A DNA stretch of 64,000 bases from Eledone cirrhosa (taxonomy: Eukaryota). The stretch spans positions 127,100,001 through 127,164,000 of the forward strand of contig OZ024742.1 of the NCBI GenBank assembly GCA_964016885.1. Direction: 5' to 3'. Under the pieces are notes generated by a model. It worked only from the letters and a program-made list of their open reading frames with translations. It was not told the DNA's origin and did not search any database. Every line of letters begins with the position of its first letter. The stretch's first letter is position 1. Of the stretch, positions 42,038-58,073 are shown in pieces. The position numbers and the translations under genes were made by a program.

Positions 42038-44253
42038 CTACATTTTAAATTTAAATTTATATTTAAACGTTGAGTTTAATCTATGTTTGCAACAACTGAA
42101 TAAATTTGTCCGTAGGTTAAGGGAATTTTTAGATTTTAGTATAAAGAATATCTCCTCTGCGCAGAGGTCACATGTCTCAGAGGATGAATTAAAAGGAATC
42201 CCTCTTGAGACTATATTCCAAGCCGTCGAATATCTAACGTTATCTAGCTTAAGTTGCCAGAGTACCCCTGATAGTGCCGTTGAAGATTTTTTATTTGGAT
42301 CTGTGAAAGAATTCTTGTGGTTATTATAGCGAAGTTTAAATTCCGTCGATGTGGAACCGACGTAGTTAAAAGAATTAGAGTCAGTATTAACATTACAATT
42401 GTATACTATATGTTTAACTAAGCAGTTGTTATTTAACGGACATTTAGATCTATCTCTACAGTTACATTTGTTAACTTGTATATTATTTATGCTATTATCA
42501 GTAGGTTTTAAGTTCCTATTATTTATTCTATTAATATTTTGTGCTAAATTTTTGGTGGATGAGTAGGTTAATTTAATTGTATGCCTATTGAAGATTGAGT
42601 GATACCTATGTGTTCTAGGGAAGCGATTATCAAGAGCTTTGAAAAATAATTTAGCGATGTGGGTTTTAATGTTTAGTGAGAAAGGGGGGGGGCAAACCAA
42701 ATTATGTTCCTAGTTCTATTTCTTTTTTGTCCTTTGGAATTATTGTAATGCTTTCTATTATAGTTGTTAATGTTGTTGCCGTAATTAAAAAAGTTGTTAC
42801 TTTGTTTAGTTTGTCTATCATTATCTATGTACACAATCTTATCAGCATACCCTGCCCTAGCTAGTGCATCATTATAGTATTGGGCCTTTTCGTCAAAAAT
42901 CTTTCTATTCGACGAAATCCTAGAGATACGTTTTTGGACTGAGTTTACTATAGTGTTTTTGACAGATCTGGGGTGGTTAGAGTTAAAGTTGACATAGTTT
43001 AAGTTTTCATTCAACTTGTGAAAAGGATAGTGGAGACATGTGTTGAGATTTAATGTTATATCTAGGAAATTGACTATTCTATGGTTGTTCTCAATTTCTA
43101 TTTTAAGGTTAAAGTAATTAAAAAATTTTGTAATTTGTTTACATTTTCTATTTAGTTCAGGGTTATTATTATTAATAAGTAAAAGCATGTCATCCCTATA
43201 TAAACCTCAGGTAGTACCAGGTATTTTCCTATGTAGCGAATTGATTAAAAATAAGCCCACAAGGTCAGTTACCTGAGCTGAGTCGGAGGATCCCATAGTT
43301 ATGTCAAAATTGCTATCTCTATCTGCTCTGGTCCATAATTTGTCATTAAATTCTATCAAAGTTTTCCTAGCCGATAATATAATATGCATTTCTTTGCTAG
43401 TTAGGTCCGTATGTTTGAATGCGTAATTTAGTGCCTTATTTAGTAGACTAGGGGTAATAGAAGAATAATAGTTAGCTATATCAAGTTGAATAAACCTATT
43501 ATTATTGTCATATTTAATTTGCCTAAACCACTCAACAACCTCTCCAGTTCCCTTCCACAAGCTCAGGTTAGATACACAATCCAAATTCTTAATTTGCAGT
43601 ATCACCCTGTCAAGAATGTTTTTGCTTAATTTGCCCAGGTCCGATTTTGAAGGTGCGATCAATCTAACTGGCAGGTCATTTTCAAAATTCCTCTTGTGGT
43701 CCTTCATATTGATCTTCGGTTTCCTGGGCACGAAAGGTTGTGTTCTGTTCTCAATTTCCAACTCATGCATTATACAAGATGCTTCCACATTCATTTTCTC
43801 AAGTTCGGCCTTATCTGCTACCTTGTATTTTTTCCTCAGCTCTTTCAGTATGAGGCCATTATACATGTCTTTCCGCACTCCATAGAGGTTGTTAGTCTTG
43901 TCAGATTTCACCAAGATCTTCTCAGTTTTCTCTAAGCTCTCAATGTTATCCTTAATGCCTTTCAGATATTCCTGGCCTTTAAAGTATCTCTTAAATTTGA
44001 CCCCTTGTATGATAGAAATTATATCGTTTTCAAAGTCAGATAAAAGTTTGTTAGGGGGTGGATTTCTTTTAGATTTGAAAACTTTGTTTAAGTCCGAGAT
44101 ATTTTCGTCTGCATTAGATTTATCAAAGTGGAATGCACGCCACCTGATTCTCCTTATAAAAGAGTCAGATTTATCTATTAGTTGTTTTACAAAGTCTTTG
44201 TTTCTAGGTAGAGGTATGTCTTTTAGAGAGGAAGTAATCTTAAAGAATTCCAT
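42038..44253 (-). pseudogene. PLE RT-GIY-YIG protein (about 735 aa) with one in-frame TGA and one +1 homopolymer shift
   Basis: KSDKT, PVRLI, LDIANYYSSI, FDITMGS, GLYRDD, NFLDITL, IIWFAPPFS, CNCRDRSKC (CxCx5C), IVY..YVG, CDLC, SCCKH. Confidence 0.9.
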
Positions 44254-44619
44254 TTTTCAGTTATAATATAAAGCGCTCAACAGTATTGGAGCAAGATACA
44301 TGTAAAGTCATATTTAAAATTGTTGGGTTACAACTAGTAAATATTTATAACTGATATAAAAGCACTCGACAAATATTTGGAGTATATTTACAATATTAAA
44401 TAAATGGAAAACTATATTTATAAAACCATATTTATTTCATTATATATATTTCGGGGATATCATATTAACAATATGTTATGCCTTCATCAGACAAAATACT
44501 AATACATTAAAACATAGGGTTTTCTACGCCTCGAATATGTCTGGCTATTTTTAAATTTTTTTCTCTCTCTATATCTCTCTATATCTCTCTATATATCTCC
44601 CTTACATTAATACTTGAGC

Positions 44620-44658
<39 letters not shown>

Positions 44659-45019
44659 ATGTATCATTCATACACTTACTCAAAATGACCTCCCACTACC
44701 TAATTTTCTATATATATATATGTATCTATCTCTATTTCCTCTCTCTATATATATATATATATCTTTCTGTCTCTTTACATGAAGCTCTTCGCTTTATCTA
44801 TTTTTCCATCTCTCTATTTTGTCCCATGCATTTCTTCTTTTTCTTTTTCTTCTTTTTCTTCCTCTTCTTCGTTTTGTCTTTCTTTCTTTCTTTTTTTCCC
44901 TCTTTTCTTTCTCTCTTTCTTTCTCTCTGTATTTTCACTGCTAGAGTAAACCTCTTCAAATGAAGTTGATGTTTATTACGGTATGTCGAATATATTTATC
45001 TATAAAACTGTTTATATTG

Positions 45020-45085
45020 TATTTTGTCTGATGAAGGCATAACATATTGTTAATATGATATCCCCGAAATATATATAATGAAATA
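45020..45085 (+). ncRNA. pLTR hammerhead (sense copies on - at 40268-40333 and 44433-44498)
   Basis: TATTTTGT-CTGATGA-AGG..CATAT/TATG..CC-GAAA-TATATA-TA-ATGAAATA. Confidence 0.7.
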
Positions 45086-45123
45086 AATATGGTTTTATAA
45101 ATATAGTTTTCCATTTATTTAAT

Positions 45124-47052
<1,929 letters not shown>

Positions 47053-47055
<3 letters not shown>

Positions 47056-48977
47056 CAAGATGTATGGTAGGTCGTACGTGAATCGCGATGATCACGCCTG
47101 ACCTACCAAATATGCGACGGTAGTTAGGTAAGCTCTATGCGTATAAGCAGAGCAGAAATATTAATGAAAAAGAACAAAGGAACTATTATGACATTATAAC
47201 AAGTTTATTGCCGACAGCCGTTTTGTCCGACTATATGGTGGGACTTTTCAAGGCATATAACAGGTGATTGTAAGTTCATTATTTACATCGACGTTTCACT
47301 CAAGATTAGCAGTTTTAAATTGTGGTATACATCAACAGCTTCGCTTGTATATTTGGGGTCTATATTCTAAGGGGACTCTTTTATATTAGTTGTAGGAGTT
47401 GTAAAATGGATGGGTTATAGGGAGTTAAGAGAATTTGAAAAGGGCCTAAGAGTTAGGGATTGAAGGTTAAAAATTAGAGAATTTATAAGTTACGCATTAA
47501 AAGTAAAAGACTTGGGATCTCGGAGAAGCACGTTAAAAAATCCCTCAATAAGTGCATAAAGCTTATAAGCCCCAATAAACCTAACAAACCAGAAGAGATT
47601 AAGAGACTAAAAAAATAAAAAAATAAAAAAATAAAAATGTAAAGTTTCCTAAAAAATTCCTTCAAAAGAAAAAAAAAATTTTTTTCAAAGAGATCTCGTT
47701 AAAAAATTTCAGAAAACTTACGAAGATTTGATAATCCCTACTAAAGTTCTAAACTCAGAAATTAAAAATTAAAAATTAAAAATTAGGGAAAAGAACTTTC
47801 AATAAGATTTAACAGGTTAATAAAGTTAATGATTTAGGGAGTCCATACTATAAATATTAAGATTTAAGTTAGGATTTGAATTTTAAGAGTTCCAAACTCC
47901 GAAATTAAAAAAATTAATGAATTTAAGATTAAGCAATCTTATATATCCATGATTAAAAATTAACGATTAAAGGGTTGAACATTAAATTTAATTTTAAAAA
48001 TTAAGAAATAAATTGTTGAAAGAAATTAATCAACCAAAGGTTAATTCAAAAAGCCCTAAAAAAATCCCTCAGAAAAGGCCCCTTTAATATTTTTAATAAG
48101 AACCTCTTCCGAAAGACCCTTCAAAGAATTAACATTTTAGAGAGCCTTTAAAGATATACATAAATGAACTGAGGAAAATTACAAACCAAAAGTTAAAAAC
48201 CACGGGACCTGGGAGACCCGAGGAATCCCCAAAGGGCCGCTTCAACAGATACAACTTAGGTATAATAGATAAAGTAATTTAAGTAATTTAAGTAATCCAA
48301 CCAAGGAGCAACCCAAAGAGCTTACCAAGTTGGGCAAGATTAAAGAAAATGATAAGTACGAAAATATATAAGCAAACAGACAACAATTATAAAATGTATT
48401 TTTAAGAAGGTATAAGGTAGCTTCAGTAATCTAATAATGTATTATCAAAAAATTATTAATATAGGATTAACAAAGACATAATAATATATTCCTGCCTAAT
48501 TAACAAACAATCAATAAACAATTAACAGTCAAGCAAAATTTACTCAGGGATATCCCACGCTCGGATACTTTACACACATACAGCAACACATAGGATTAAC
48601 AAAGACATAATGGTATATTCCTGCCTAATTAACAAACGATCAATAAACAATTAATAGTCAAGTAAATTTACTCAGGGATATCCCACGCACGGATACTTTA
48701 CACACATACAGCAAGATGAACAATACAGGTGACCTTGTGGGTGCGATATCCACTGTGCGCATGTAGTCATCTGCATAGCTCCAGGCACAGTTGGTCTTGT
48801 TTAAAAGTTCCGAGTTCATCTTGCTGTATGTGTGTAAAGTATCGGTGCGTGGGATATCCCTGAGTAAATTTACTTGACTGTTAATTGTTTATTGATTGTT
48901 TGTTAATTAGGCAGGAATATACCATTATGTCTTTGTTAATCCTATGTGTTGCTGTATGTGTGTAAAGTATCCGAGCG
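47053..48977 (-). mobile_element. Unclassified about 1.9-kb non-coding element between (TA)n tracts
   Basis: HHR-like motif at 47209-47255 followed by AATAAA. About 129-bp tandem repeat at 48461-48721 with an inverted copy at 48814-48977. Confidence 0.5.
47209..47255 (-). ncRNA. Hammerhead-like motif, U3-A8 core, G12A (probably inactive)
   Basis: TGCC-TTGAAAA-GTCC-loop-GGAC-AAAA-CGGCTG-TC-GGCA. Confidence 0.55.
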
Positions 48978-49002
48978 TATATATATATATATATATATAT
49001 AT

Positions 49003-49462
<460 letters not shown>

Positions 49463-49479
49463 GTATATATGTATATATG

Positions 49480-49565
<86 letters not shown>

Positions 49566-49583
49566 TGTATATATAGATATATG

Positions 49584-49616
<33 letters not shown>

Positions 49617-49618
49617 GT

Positions 49619-49620
<2 letters not shown>

Positions 49621-49663
<43 letters not shown>

Positions 49664-52600
49664 GTTTAACGTCCGTGTTCCACGCTTGCATGGGTTTGGA
49701 CGGGGGTTTTCCCACTTGAGGCAAGAGTTTTTGTCTTGCTCGCATAGGACTGTGTGGCGGGTTTTCTACAGCTGGATGCCCTTCCTAACACCAACCACAT
49801 TTACAGTGTGGGGCTGGGAGGTTTTTACCGTGTTACCTACACGGCCACATTACAGCGTCGACTGTGTGTTTTTTGTCGTGACACCTACACGATCTCATTT
49901 GTTTCGGCCTGGATGTTGTGGCACCAACATAACTTTACATTGAGAGTGGCGGTGTGGTTGGGGTGGGGGTGGTGGGACGGGGTGTATTTTGTTAGAGATG
50001 CCTACTGACTGTAGTAGGTTTTACTTTGTATTTAGGTAAGGCGGGTCTTCTCTATTACTGAGTACCGCCAAAGGTCTCGGTCCAGTGACATTGTCTTGGA
50101 GAGGTGTAAGTGTATGAGGTCGGAATTTATCAGCTCGTCCCAGGTTTTTCTGGGTCTGCCTACTCCGTAGCTACCGTCTATCTTTATTGCCCTGCACTTT
50201 GTTATACAGCTGTCGTCTTTCATGCGCATCACGTGACCATACCAACGTAACCTTCTCTCGAGTAAACAACATCTGATCCCTCTTATTTCTAATTTTTTCC
50301 TTAGTTCGCTTATGCTTTGCCGTTCACGTATGTTACTATTACACATCCAGCGGAGCATGCAAGCTTCGTTCCTCTCTAGTCTGCGTATATCCTCTGCACA
50401 CAATGCCCAGGTCTCACTGCCATGCAACATTGCTGTTCGTATGCAGGCATCATACAACCTGCCTTTCATTTTTAGGGAGAACCCTTTAGCGGCTAATAGT
50501 GGTATAAGCTCTCTGAACTTTTTCCATCCAGTTCTGACTCTAGCTACTGTACTTTCAGAGCACCCTCCCCCACTGCTGATTTTGTCACCCAGGTAACGGA
50601 AGCTGTCCACTATTTCTATAGAACCCTCTGCGCAATTGAAAGAGTTAGTATTTTGTGGGCACTTGCTGCTACTTATTGCACCAGAGCACCGGCCACATGT
50701 AAAATCTGTGTTCTTAGTTAGCTTACCTGTGATCCCACTACATCTTTTATGCACCCATACTTTGTATTTGGGACATAAAATGGAGTTTCTACCTACGCCT
50801 TTCCTACACACTGAGCATGGCCATTTCCCGGAGGGGACCGGCGCCTTATTTTCTTTCCTACAAACTAGAACTTTAGTCTTAACCAGGTTAATTTTAAGGC
50901 CTTTTGATTCTAGGCCGTGCTTCCATGTTTGGAATTTCTTCTCTAGCTCGGCCATTGATTCAGCTATGAGCGTTAGATCATCTGCGTATAGGAGTTCCCA
51001 TGGGCAGCCGGTCTTGAACTCCTCTGTTATAGCCTGAAGGGCAATAATAAATAGTAGGGGGCTAAGAACAGAGCCCTGATGGACACCAACTTTTACCCTA
51101 AACTCTTCACTATATTCGTTGTTAATTCTAACCTTGCTGACTGTTTCTTTATACATGGCTTGTATGGCTCTCACAAGCCATTCGTCAACACCTAGTTTTC
51201 TAAGAGCCCACCATATAATGGAACGGGGGACTCTGTCGAAGGCTTTCTCCAAGTCGACAAAAGCTAAGTATAGGGGTTTACTTTTAGCTAGGTACTTCTC
51301 CTGTAGTTGTCGTACAATGAAAAGAGCGTCTGTGGTACTTTTGCCTGACACAAACCCGAACTGCATTTCATCTAGATCAATTCTCTCTCTGATTAGTTGC
51401 GCTATTACTTTTTCCGTGACCTTCATGACCTGGTCGATTAATTTAATGCCTCCTATCTAGGGCGTCTCCTTTACCCTTATAACAGTTAACGATGATGCTG
51501 CTACGCCAGTCCTTCGGAACAACCCCATTCTGTATGACTTGGTTTACTATCCGGGTGACCATGGTGTGTCCCACCGTACCGGAGGCTTTCAGCATCTCAG
51601 CAACTATTTCCGAAGGCCCAGCCGCCTTACCCGTCTTCATATCTTTGATTGCCTTACTTATTATACTACCTTCGACTAACACTGCTGGTCCCTCTATTGG
51701 ATCGATGTGGGGGAGACTGTCTTTCTCCCATTTATTCTCCTCATTTAGTAGCCTTTCGTAGTGACACTTCCAAGCTACCTTCTTATCAGCGTCAGTGATG
51801 GCAAGTACGCCATCATCGTTAAGTACACACTTCTCCCCGACAATATCACGGTTTTCCTTGACACATTGCCTAGCAATCCTGAACACCTCACGTTTTTAGT
51901 CCTCGCGTTGTAGAACATGCTTGAACTTTCTTTCCTCTGCTTCCCTTCTTGCGAAGTACACTTGTCTCCTAGCTTCCCTCCTGGCCACTTGATAGTCTTC
52001 TCTACTTCCCCCATCCCGCCATGCTTTCCAAGCCTGCTTTTTGGCCTTGATTGACCCCTCCACCTTACTGTTCCACCACCATGTTACTCTCCTCCTGCCT
52101 ACAGGCCTGCTCCAGCCACAGACTTCATCTGCCGCCATCAGCAGGTTTGCTCTCAGGAATTCCCACTGTTCCTCTACCTTGTACGACTCTAATTGCTCTT
52201 CCTTACTGTCGAAAGCATCAAGTAATATGCTTTGAAATTTATTTCTGGCTGTGGGATCCTTTAGCTTCCATATTTTTTCTCCTGAGGATAGTCCTCTTCT
52301 GCTGTCTAGTACGTCTCGTCCTGACTATGAGGTCGCTAATTATCAGTCTATGTTGGGAGGTGCATTCTTCATGGGGGAGGGATTTAGTGTTTACAACAGA
52401 CACTCTGTCACGTCTTCTGGTAAGGATATAATCTACCTGGCTGGTATGTACTCCTGATCTGTAGGTGATCAAGTGATTGTCTCGTTTTTTGAAGTTAGTG
52501 TTACAGATAGTTAGGTTGTTCGCATCACAGAATTCCAGGATTCTGGAGCCTTCCTCGTTTCTAGTACCAAACCCATAGCCTCCGTGGATTCCGTCATAGC

Positions 52601-53370
52601 CGTCACAATGTTGTCCAACGTGACCATTTAGGTCGCCAGCAATAATTATATAGTCACTGTCGGTTTTTTGGGAGGTAGTGAGCATCAGTGTCTCATAGAA
52701 TCTGTCTTTTATAGCGCCAGGCAGTCCGGATTGGGGCGCGTATGCAGATATTACTGTCACAGTAGTTCTGTTTAGAACAAGTCTTATTTTAATTATTCTG
52801 TCATTCACTCTATTTACATCTATTATCTTATCCACCCATTTTTCTGCTAACATGATTCCTACCCCACATATCCCATTGTCATTCCCCACCCAGAAAAGCT
52901 TATAGCAACGTTTTTTACCCACAATGAATCTAGCAGACCCGCCCCTCCACCTGGTCTCTTGGATACAGCAAACATCAACCTCCTTACGTTCAAGCATTTC
53001 TACAACCTCGTTAGAGCGGCCTTTTAAGGTGCCTACGTTCATGGTACCAACTCTGAAGTTTTGGATTGTGTTTGGAGAATGGGGCGCAGGGAGGGGTGAG
53101 GGGAATGAGTTTGGGGTTATGTTGGCCATCCGCGGTCGAAACAAAGAGGGGGGGCCTTGCCCCTTCGTCCGGCAGCATGAGGTGAATTTGTCGTTATCTT
53201 TGGCATTGTCATCGAGTGTCCAGATTCTTCAGACTCTCCATAAATTCCTTAGTCCATCCATCATATCGAAAAGCGGCCAGTAGTGATAGCATAGGCCGTT
53301 GACTTGTGATTGGTCCAAATAGTAAAGGTGGCGGGAGGGAGGGATATGGGGTAGTTAGCAATGAGGGAGA
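49621..53370 (-). mobile_element. Near full-length RTE-clade LINE, frameshifted
   Basis: APE motifs (GTMNVGTL, CIQETRW, SAYAPQ, GDLNGHVG, SQVDYIL, SQHRL) and RT motifs (FVDLEKAFD, GVHQGSVLSP, LYADD); (TGA)n tail; 5' boundary approximate. Confidence 0.92.
50032..53144 (-). pseudogene. RTE APE-RT polyprotein broken into four ORFs
   Basis: ORFs 52239-53144, 51896-52138, 51443-51886 and 50032-51426 are collinear. Confidence 0.9.
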
Positions 53371-53797
53371 TTATTTAGAACCAGCGTGGAGAAGATTAAT
53401 TTAAAGCAAGAATAGCAACGATTGTAGATATATATGGATGAATGAACGAGGTTTTAAGGAGACAAGAAGAAAATGTTCTATAATACATTACATTTTCGTA
53501 GAATCGACTGACCATTTAATAAGGGTTGACAAGTTCTGAGGTTTTGTCCCTCGTAACATTCTTATTTATATTAGGGAGTGAGAGGTCGAGAGGGACGTGT
53601 ATGTTAGAGAGAGTGGGAGTAATAGCAATTTTGGTGGGCGAGAGAGAATCTATTTTTATGAATCCTGGAAAATTTTTAGCAATGCGGGAGGTTATTTAGA
53701 ACCAGCGTGGAGAAGATTAATTTAAAGCAAGAATAGCAACGATTGTAGATATATATGGATGAATGAACGAGGTTTTAAGGAGACAAGAAGAAAATGT
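53371..53797. repeat. About 105-bp identical direct repeat, period about 321 bp
   Basis: TTATTTAGAACCAGCGTGGAGAAG...GAAGAAAATGT at 53371 and 53692. Confidence 0.85.
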
Positions 53798-53812
53798 ATA
53801 TATATATATACT

Positions 53813-53905
<93 letters not shown>

Positions 53906-53987
53906 CTCTTTTACTCTTTTACTCTTTTACCTGTTTCAGCCATCCGGCTGAGGCCATGCTGGGGCACCGCCCTTGTTGCTACACATT

Positions 53988-56900
53988 TTATCTCCAGCCT
54001 GTATAGGTTGGCCACTGGTGTAGGAGGGAGTTTGTTGCTGCTGCCCTTAGGTTTCCCTCGTGTCTTGCTGTGGGCTCATCCGGGATCCTGGATAACAAGG
54101 TGTCGAGATGTTTCTTAAAGACATCCACCTCCACGTCATGCAAGTCTCGCAGATGCCTCGGCAGCCTGTTGAAGAGTTGAGGGCCCTTGAATCCCAGGCT
54201 ATTGCAATACCTGCTCCTTATTCTAGATGTGGAAGACGGGACCTTTGGCACCACACAGTGACGTCCTGTTCGACGGTTGGTCCAGCTCCCAATGCCAAAG
54301 TTTGGTGCTAGTCCCTCCAGGATTTTCCACATGTAGATCACTGCGTATCTCTCCCGTCTTCGCTCCAAGGAGTAGAGGTTCAGTTCCTTCAACCTCTCCC
54401 AGTAGCTTGTCTCCCTCATCTTGGCAATCCTCTTGGTGTAGCTTCGCTGGATTGCCTCAAGCTCCGTGGTTAGTTTGACACTATGGGGTGACCACAGCTG
54501 GGAGCAGTAGTCCAGGCGGCTTAGGACAAAAGTCCTCCACAGTGTCAACATGGTGTCTCGATCTCTTGTAAGGAAAGTCCTCAAGATCCAGCCAGCGAAT
54601 CGTCTACATGCTGTCGCCACCTTCATGATGTGTGAAGGAAAAGATGCATCATCGCTCATGTCTATGCCCAGGTCTCGTATCGATTTTGACACGGGGATAT
54701 CGGTCCCTCCTGGTCCTGTGTAGCTGTGTTCCGCTATATTTGTGTTTGTGTTTGCAGGTTTGTATTGTAGGGCTTGGAATTTGCCAGCATTAAACTGCAT
54801 GTTGTTTTCTTCCGCCCATCTGTATATGGCATCCAGATCCTGCTGTAAGAGGGCAGCGTCAGCCGGGTTTTTGATTGCCTGTGCTACCTTAGTGTCATCA
54901 GCATAGCTAGTGAGGGATGTTGTTGCATGCACCACAGAGGGCATGTCCGAGAGAGCCACCAAAAACAGTAGTGGTCCCAGGACTGTCCCCTGAGGCACCC
55001 CACTTGTTATCGGTGTTTCCCTCGAGAGGGCCCCATTTGCTGCGACTGCCTGGCTTCTGTCCCTCAGGAAGCCATGCAGCCACTCACCTACTTTTCCAGT
55101 TATGCCGAGTCCGTGTAGTTTGTGACATATCATTCCGTGGTCGACCTTGTCAAAGGCCTTCGCAAAGTCAAGATATATCACGCCTACATGTGAGCTGTCT
55201 AGTAGCTGTCTCAGTACCCAGTCGTAGTGATGTAGCAGCTGTGTAAGGCAGCTTCTTCCTGGGCGGAAGCCATGTTGCGTGCTAGTCAGGCGGTCATTTT
55301 CTTCGAGGAAAGTGATTAGTTTCTTTCTGACGACTCGCTCCATGACCTTACTGATATGCGACGTCAGGGAGACTGGCCTATAGTTCTTGTCCTCCGCTCT
55401 ACTACCTCCTTTATGGATAGGGCATATTGTGCCTTCTTTCAGCTCCCTGGGTAGTACACCGCTAGCTAAGGAGCTTCTGAAGAGCATCTTCAGTGGAGTT
55501 GCTAAGGCCCGCTTACATATTTTTAGGAGAACTGCTGGGAATCCATCAGGTCCAGCAGCCGAGTCTGTTCTAATTTCATCAATGGCGTACACCACATCCT
55601 CCTCCGTTATGTCTATGTGGTTGATGGTTGCCATTTCTTGATGTAGTGTTGTGGCATCAAAGAACTCCTCTGGCTTCGTTATTTGCATGTGCCTCAGTGG
55701 ACATGTGAAGACACTTTTGTACTGTTCGTTCAGTATTTCACATATCTCTTGGGGATTTTCGGTTAATGAACCGTCCGTGTGGAAGAGTGGTCCAATCTTG
55801 CAGTGTACTGAGGCAGTTTCTTTTGCAAATTTAAAGAAGGCCTTAGGGTTTGTTTTAATGTTTTCTATGGCCCTGTTCTCTTTCCTTGCCCTCTCATTCT
55901 CATGTGAAAGCTTGAGTGCAATCTCGGTGTCAAGTAGTGCACGTTTCAAATAGGATTCCTTCTTGTTTTGGTTTTGTTGACTATTCAACTGGTTTGAGAG
56001 TTTAGTTCTACGTCTCATAAGGATTTTCCTATCTCTGGGAATAAGATTTTTGTGTCTGTTTGCCTCTTTCTCCGGGACACACTTTTTGCATATGGTGTGT
56101 ATCGTTGTCATGAAGTGTTGAAATTGTGTGTTAGTGTCTTGTGTGGCGATGTTTGCACTCCATGTTTGCTTCCGGATTTCACTCTTAATCTTCTTCCAGT
56201 CAGCCCCGTAGAAGTTAAGGCTGGATAGCGTCCCGGAGCTTCTTGGTGGTTTTGTCTCTGTTGGTTCTCTTGGGCCACATATCATTAGCTCTACCAAGTT
56301 ATGATCCGAGAGAATTGTTGGTGTCACCTTTACATTGTGGATGAGCACTTCGTTGTTTGTAAAACAGAGGTCCAGGACATTTTCGCCTCTTTTTGGGAGG
56401 AGTATTGCTTGCTCCATGAACAGCCTGTGTGTGAGGGCCAGCAGGGATTCCGTCTGTCTCTGTTCTATTGACGTCATTCCAGGGAGGAGGTGGCCCTCAG
56501 GCCATTTGACCTTTGGTAGGTTGAAGTCTCCCAGCAGTAGGATGTTGAGACCCTGGTCCAGTTTGTCAAGGACCTCTTCTATCCTACTTAGGCTATCCTC
56601 AAATTTACCCCCATGACTGGGGGCATCGGGCGGCCGATATGTGACACATATCACCGTCTGTAGTTGCTTCATATGTATTATCAGTGTGTCACAGACTGAG
56701 TTTGAATGTGTCAACAGTACAATTGGTGTGACATCTTCACGGATATACAGAGCAACCCCACCATGAGTTCTCTCCTTCCTGTCCGAACGAAATACAGTAT
56801 ATTTCGGTATATGTATTTCTGCATCTGCTATACTGCTTGTCAGGTGCGTTTCGGTTAGTGCCATGCATAGTGCTTGATTGCTTATGGCTAAGTCTCCCAG

Positions 56901-57029
56901 GTAGGAAATTTTACTCAAGTTGCTGAGTTTCACCAGGCCCCTGACATTCAGCAGCAGCACTGGTGTGACTTTTGGGGTGCCAGTAATGGCTGTCGGTATG
57001 ACACCTGGTCTGGTGTCAGCGGCGGCCAC
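53988..57029 (-). CDS. LINE ORF2: APE endonuclease plus reverse transcriptase, 1013 aa
   Basis: LNVRGL, LTETHL, YRPP, GDFNLP, LDLCFTN, SDHNLV; [41 protein letters not shown]; no stops. Confidence 0.93.
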   Translation of the reverse strand: MAAADTRPGVIPTAITGTPKVTPVLLLNVRGLVKLSNLSKISYLGDLAISNQALCMALTETHLTSSIADAEIHIPKYTVFRSDRKERTHGGVALYIREDVTPIVLLTHSNSVCDTLIIHMKQLQTVICVTYRPPDAPSHGGKFEDSLSRIEEVLDKLDQGLNILLLGDFNLPKVKWPEGHLLPGMTSIEQRQTESLLALTHRLFMEQAILLPKRGENVLDLCFTNNEVLIHNVKVTPTILSDHNLVELMICGPREPTETKPPRSSGTLSSLNFYGADWKKIKSEIRKQTWSANIATQDTNTQFQHFMTTIHTICKKCVPEKEANRHKNLIPRDRKILMRRRTKLSNQLNSQQNQNKKESYLKRALLDTEIALKLSHENERARKENRAIENIKTNPKAFFKFAKETASVHCKIGPLFHTDGSLTENPQEICEILNEQYKSVFTCPLRHMQITKPEEFFDATTLHQEMATINHIDITEEDVVYAIDEIRTDSAAGPDGFPAVLLKICKRALATPLKMLFRSSLASGVLPRELKEGTICPIHKGGSRAEDKNYRPVSLTSHISKVMERVVRKKLITFLEENDRLTSTQHGFRPGRSCLTQLLHHYDWVLRQLLDSSHVGVIYLDFAKAFDKVDHGMICHKLHGLGITGKVGEWLHGFLRDRSQAVAANGALSRETPITSGVPQGTVLGPLLFLVALSDMPSVVHATTSLTSYADDTKVAQAIKNPADAALLQQDLDAIYRWAEENNMQFNAGKFQALQYKPANTNTNIAEHSYTGPGGTDIPVSKSIRDLGIDMSDDASFPSHIMKVATACRRFAGWILRTFLTRDRDTMLTLWRTFVLSRLDYCSQLWSPHSVKLTTELEAIQRSYTKRIAKMRETSYWERLKELNLYSLERRRERYAVIYMWKILEGLAPNFGIGSWTNRRTGRHCVVPKVPSSTSRIRSRYCNSLGFKGPQLFNRLPRHLRDLHDVEVDVFKKHLDTLLSRIPDEPTARHEGNLRAAATNSLLHQWPTYTGWR

Positions 57030-57802
57030 TCTGGGTCCCTTAACTGCGGTGGTCTCGAGTGCTGGTGTGGATGACCCTGGCTCTGGAGACGATGCAGCCA
57101 GGTCAGCTGTCCCACAATCTTCTCTGCCATCACTAAAAAATTTTTCTGATCTGCTGCTGCCATCTGTATCTCGTCGGCATGTGCGTGCCTTCTCCTTGTT
57201 GGTGCAGCACGCGCGACATCAGCATAGTTCTGGAGCGGCTTATTTCGGCTTAGGCTGGGGCATGTTGCGCGAGTATGATGGGCATAGTTCGTTTGAGACC
57301 TAGGGTGGGCGAATCTGCATCCCATCCCTGTCTCTCCATGCCAGCATGTCCCGTTCTTGAAAAACTTGCACATTACTTGGGGTTTTTTGCTCCCAGTGTC
57401 TCGGTGCTTTCTGTTCTTTCTTTGAACAGTTGTCCACTGGTCCCTCTGCGCTTGGTTCTCCTTCGGAAGGTGATTTCGCTTTTCACCTTTGCCCTTAGCT
57501 TGTTGGTTGCCCGGCCTGCCCTCCCTGCCTGTAGCGGAGGGTATATCATTTTCTTTCAGGTCCGTGCTTGTGCTCTCCTCCCTTTCTTTTTCTTTTTCCT
57601 CTTCCTTTTCCCTCTCCTCATCCCTCCCTTCGGTTTTCTCCTCCCTGAGGACACGGCTTAGCATCACCATATGAGGCGCTATGAGGACATACGCCTTCTC
57701 AATTTCTTTTCTCTTTCTCTCTATCTGTACCAGGGTCCTCAGAAACCCATGGCTCTTCAGGTTCTCCGCCATCTTTTTGCTTGGTGGAGACCCATCAGCC
57801 AT
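56948..57802 (-). CDS. LINE ORF1 (284 aa from MADGSPP, possibly 5'-truncated) with a charged region and CCCH zinc finger
   Basis: [22 protein letters not shown]; overlaps ORF2 by 82 nt in another frame. The upstream YI run comes from microsatellite. Confidence 0.75.
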   Translation of the reverse strand: MADGSPPSKKMAENLKSHGFLRTLVQIERKRKEIEKAYVLIAPHMVMLSRVLREEKTEGRDEEREKEEEKEKEREESTSTDLKENDIPSATGREGRPGNQQAKGKGEKRNHLPKENQAQRDQWTTVQRKNRKHRDTGSKKPQVMCKFFKNGTCWHGETGMGCRFAHPRSQTNYAHHTRATCPSLSRNKPLQNYADVARAAPTRRRHAHADEIQMAAADQKNFLVMAEKIVGQLTWLHRLQSQGHPHQHSRPPQLRDPEWPPLTPDQVSYRQPLLAPQKSHQCCC

Positions 57803-57817
57803 AGTCCACCCCTTGAT

Positions 57818-57944
<127 letters not shown>

Positions 57945-58073
57945 TACATATATATATATACATATAAATATACATATATATATATTATATATATATATAT
58001 ATTTACATATATATATATACATATATACATATATATATATACATATATATATATATACATATAAATATATATA

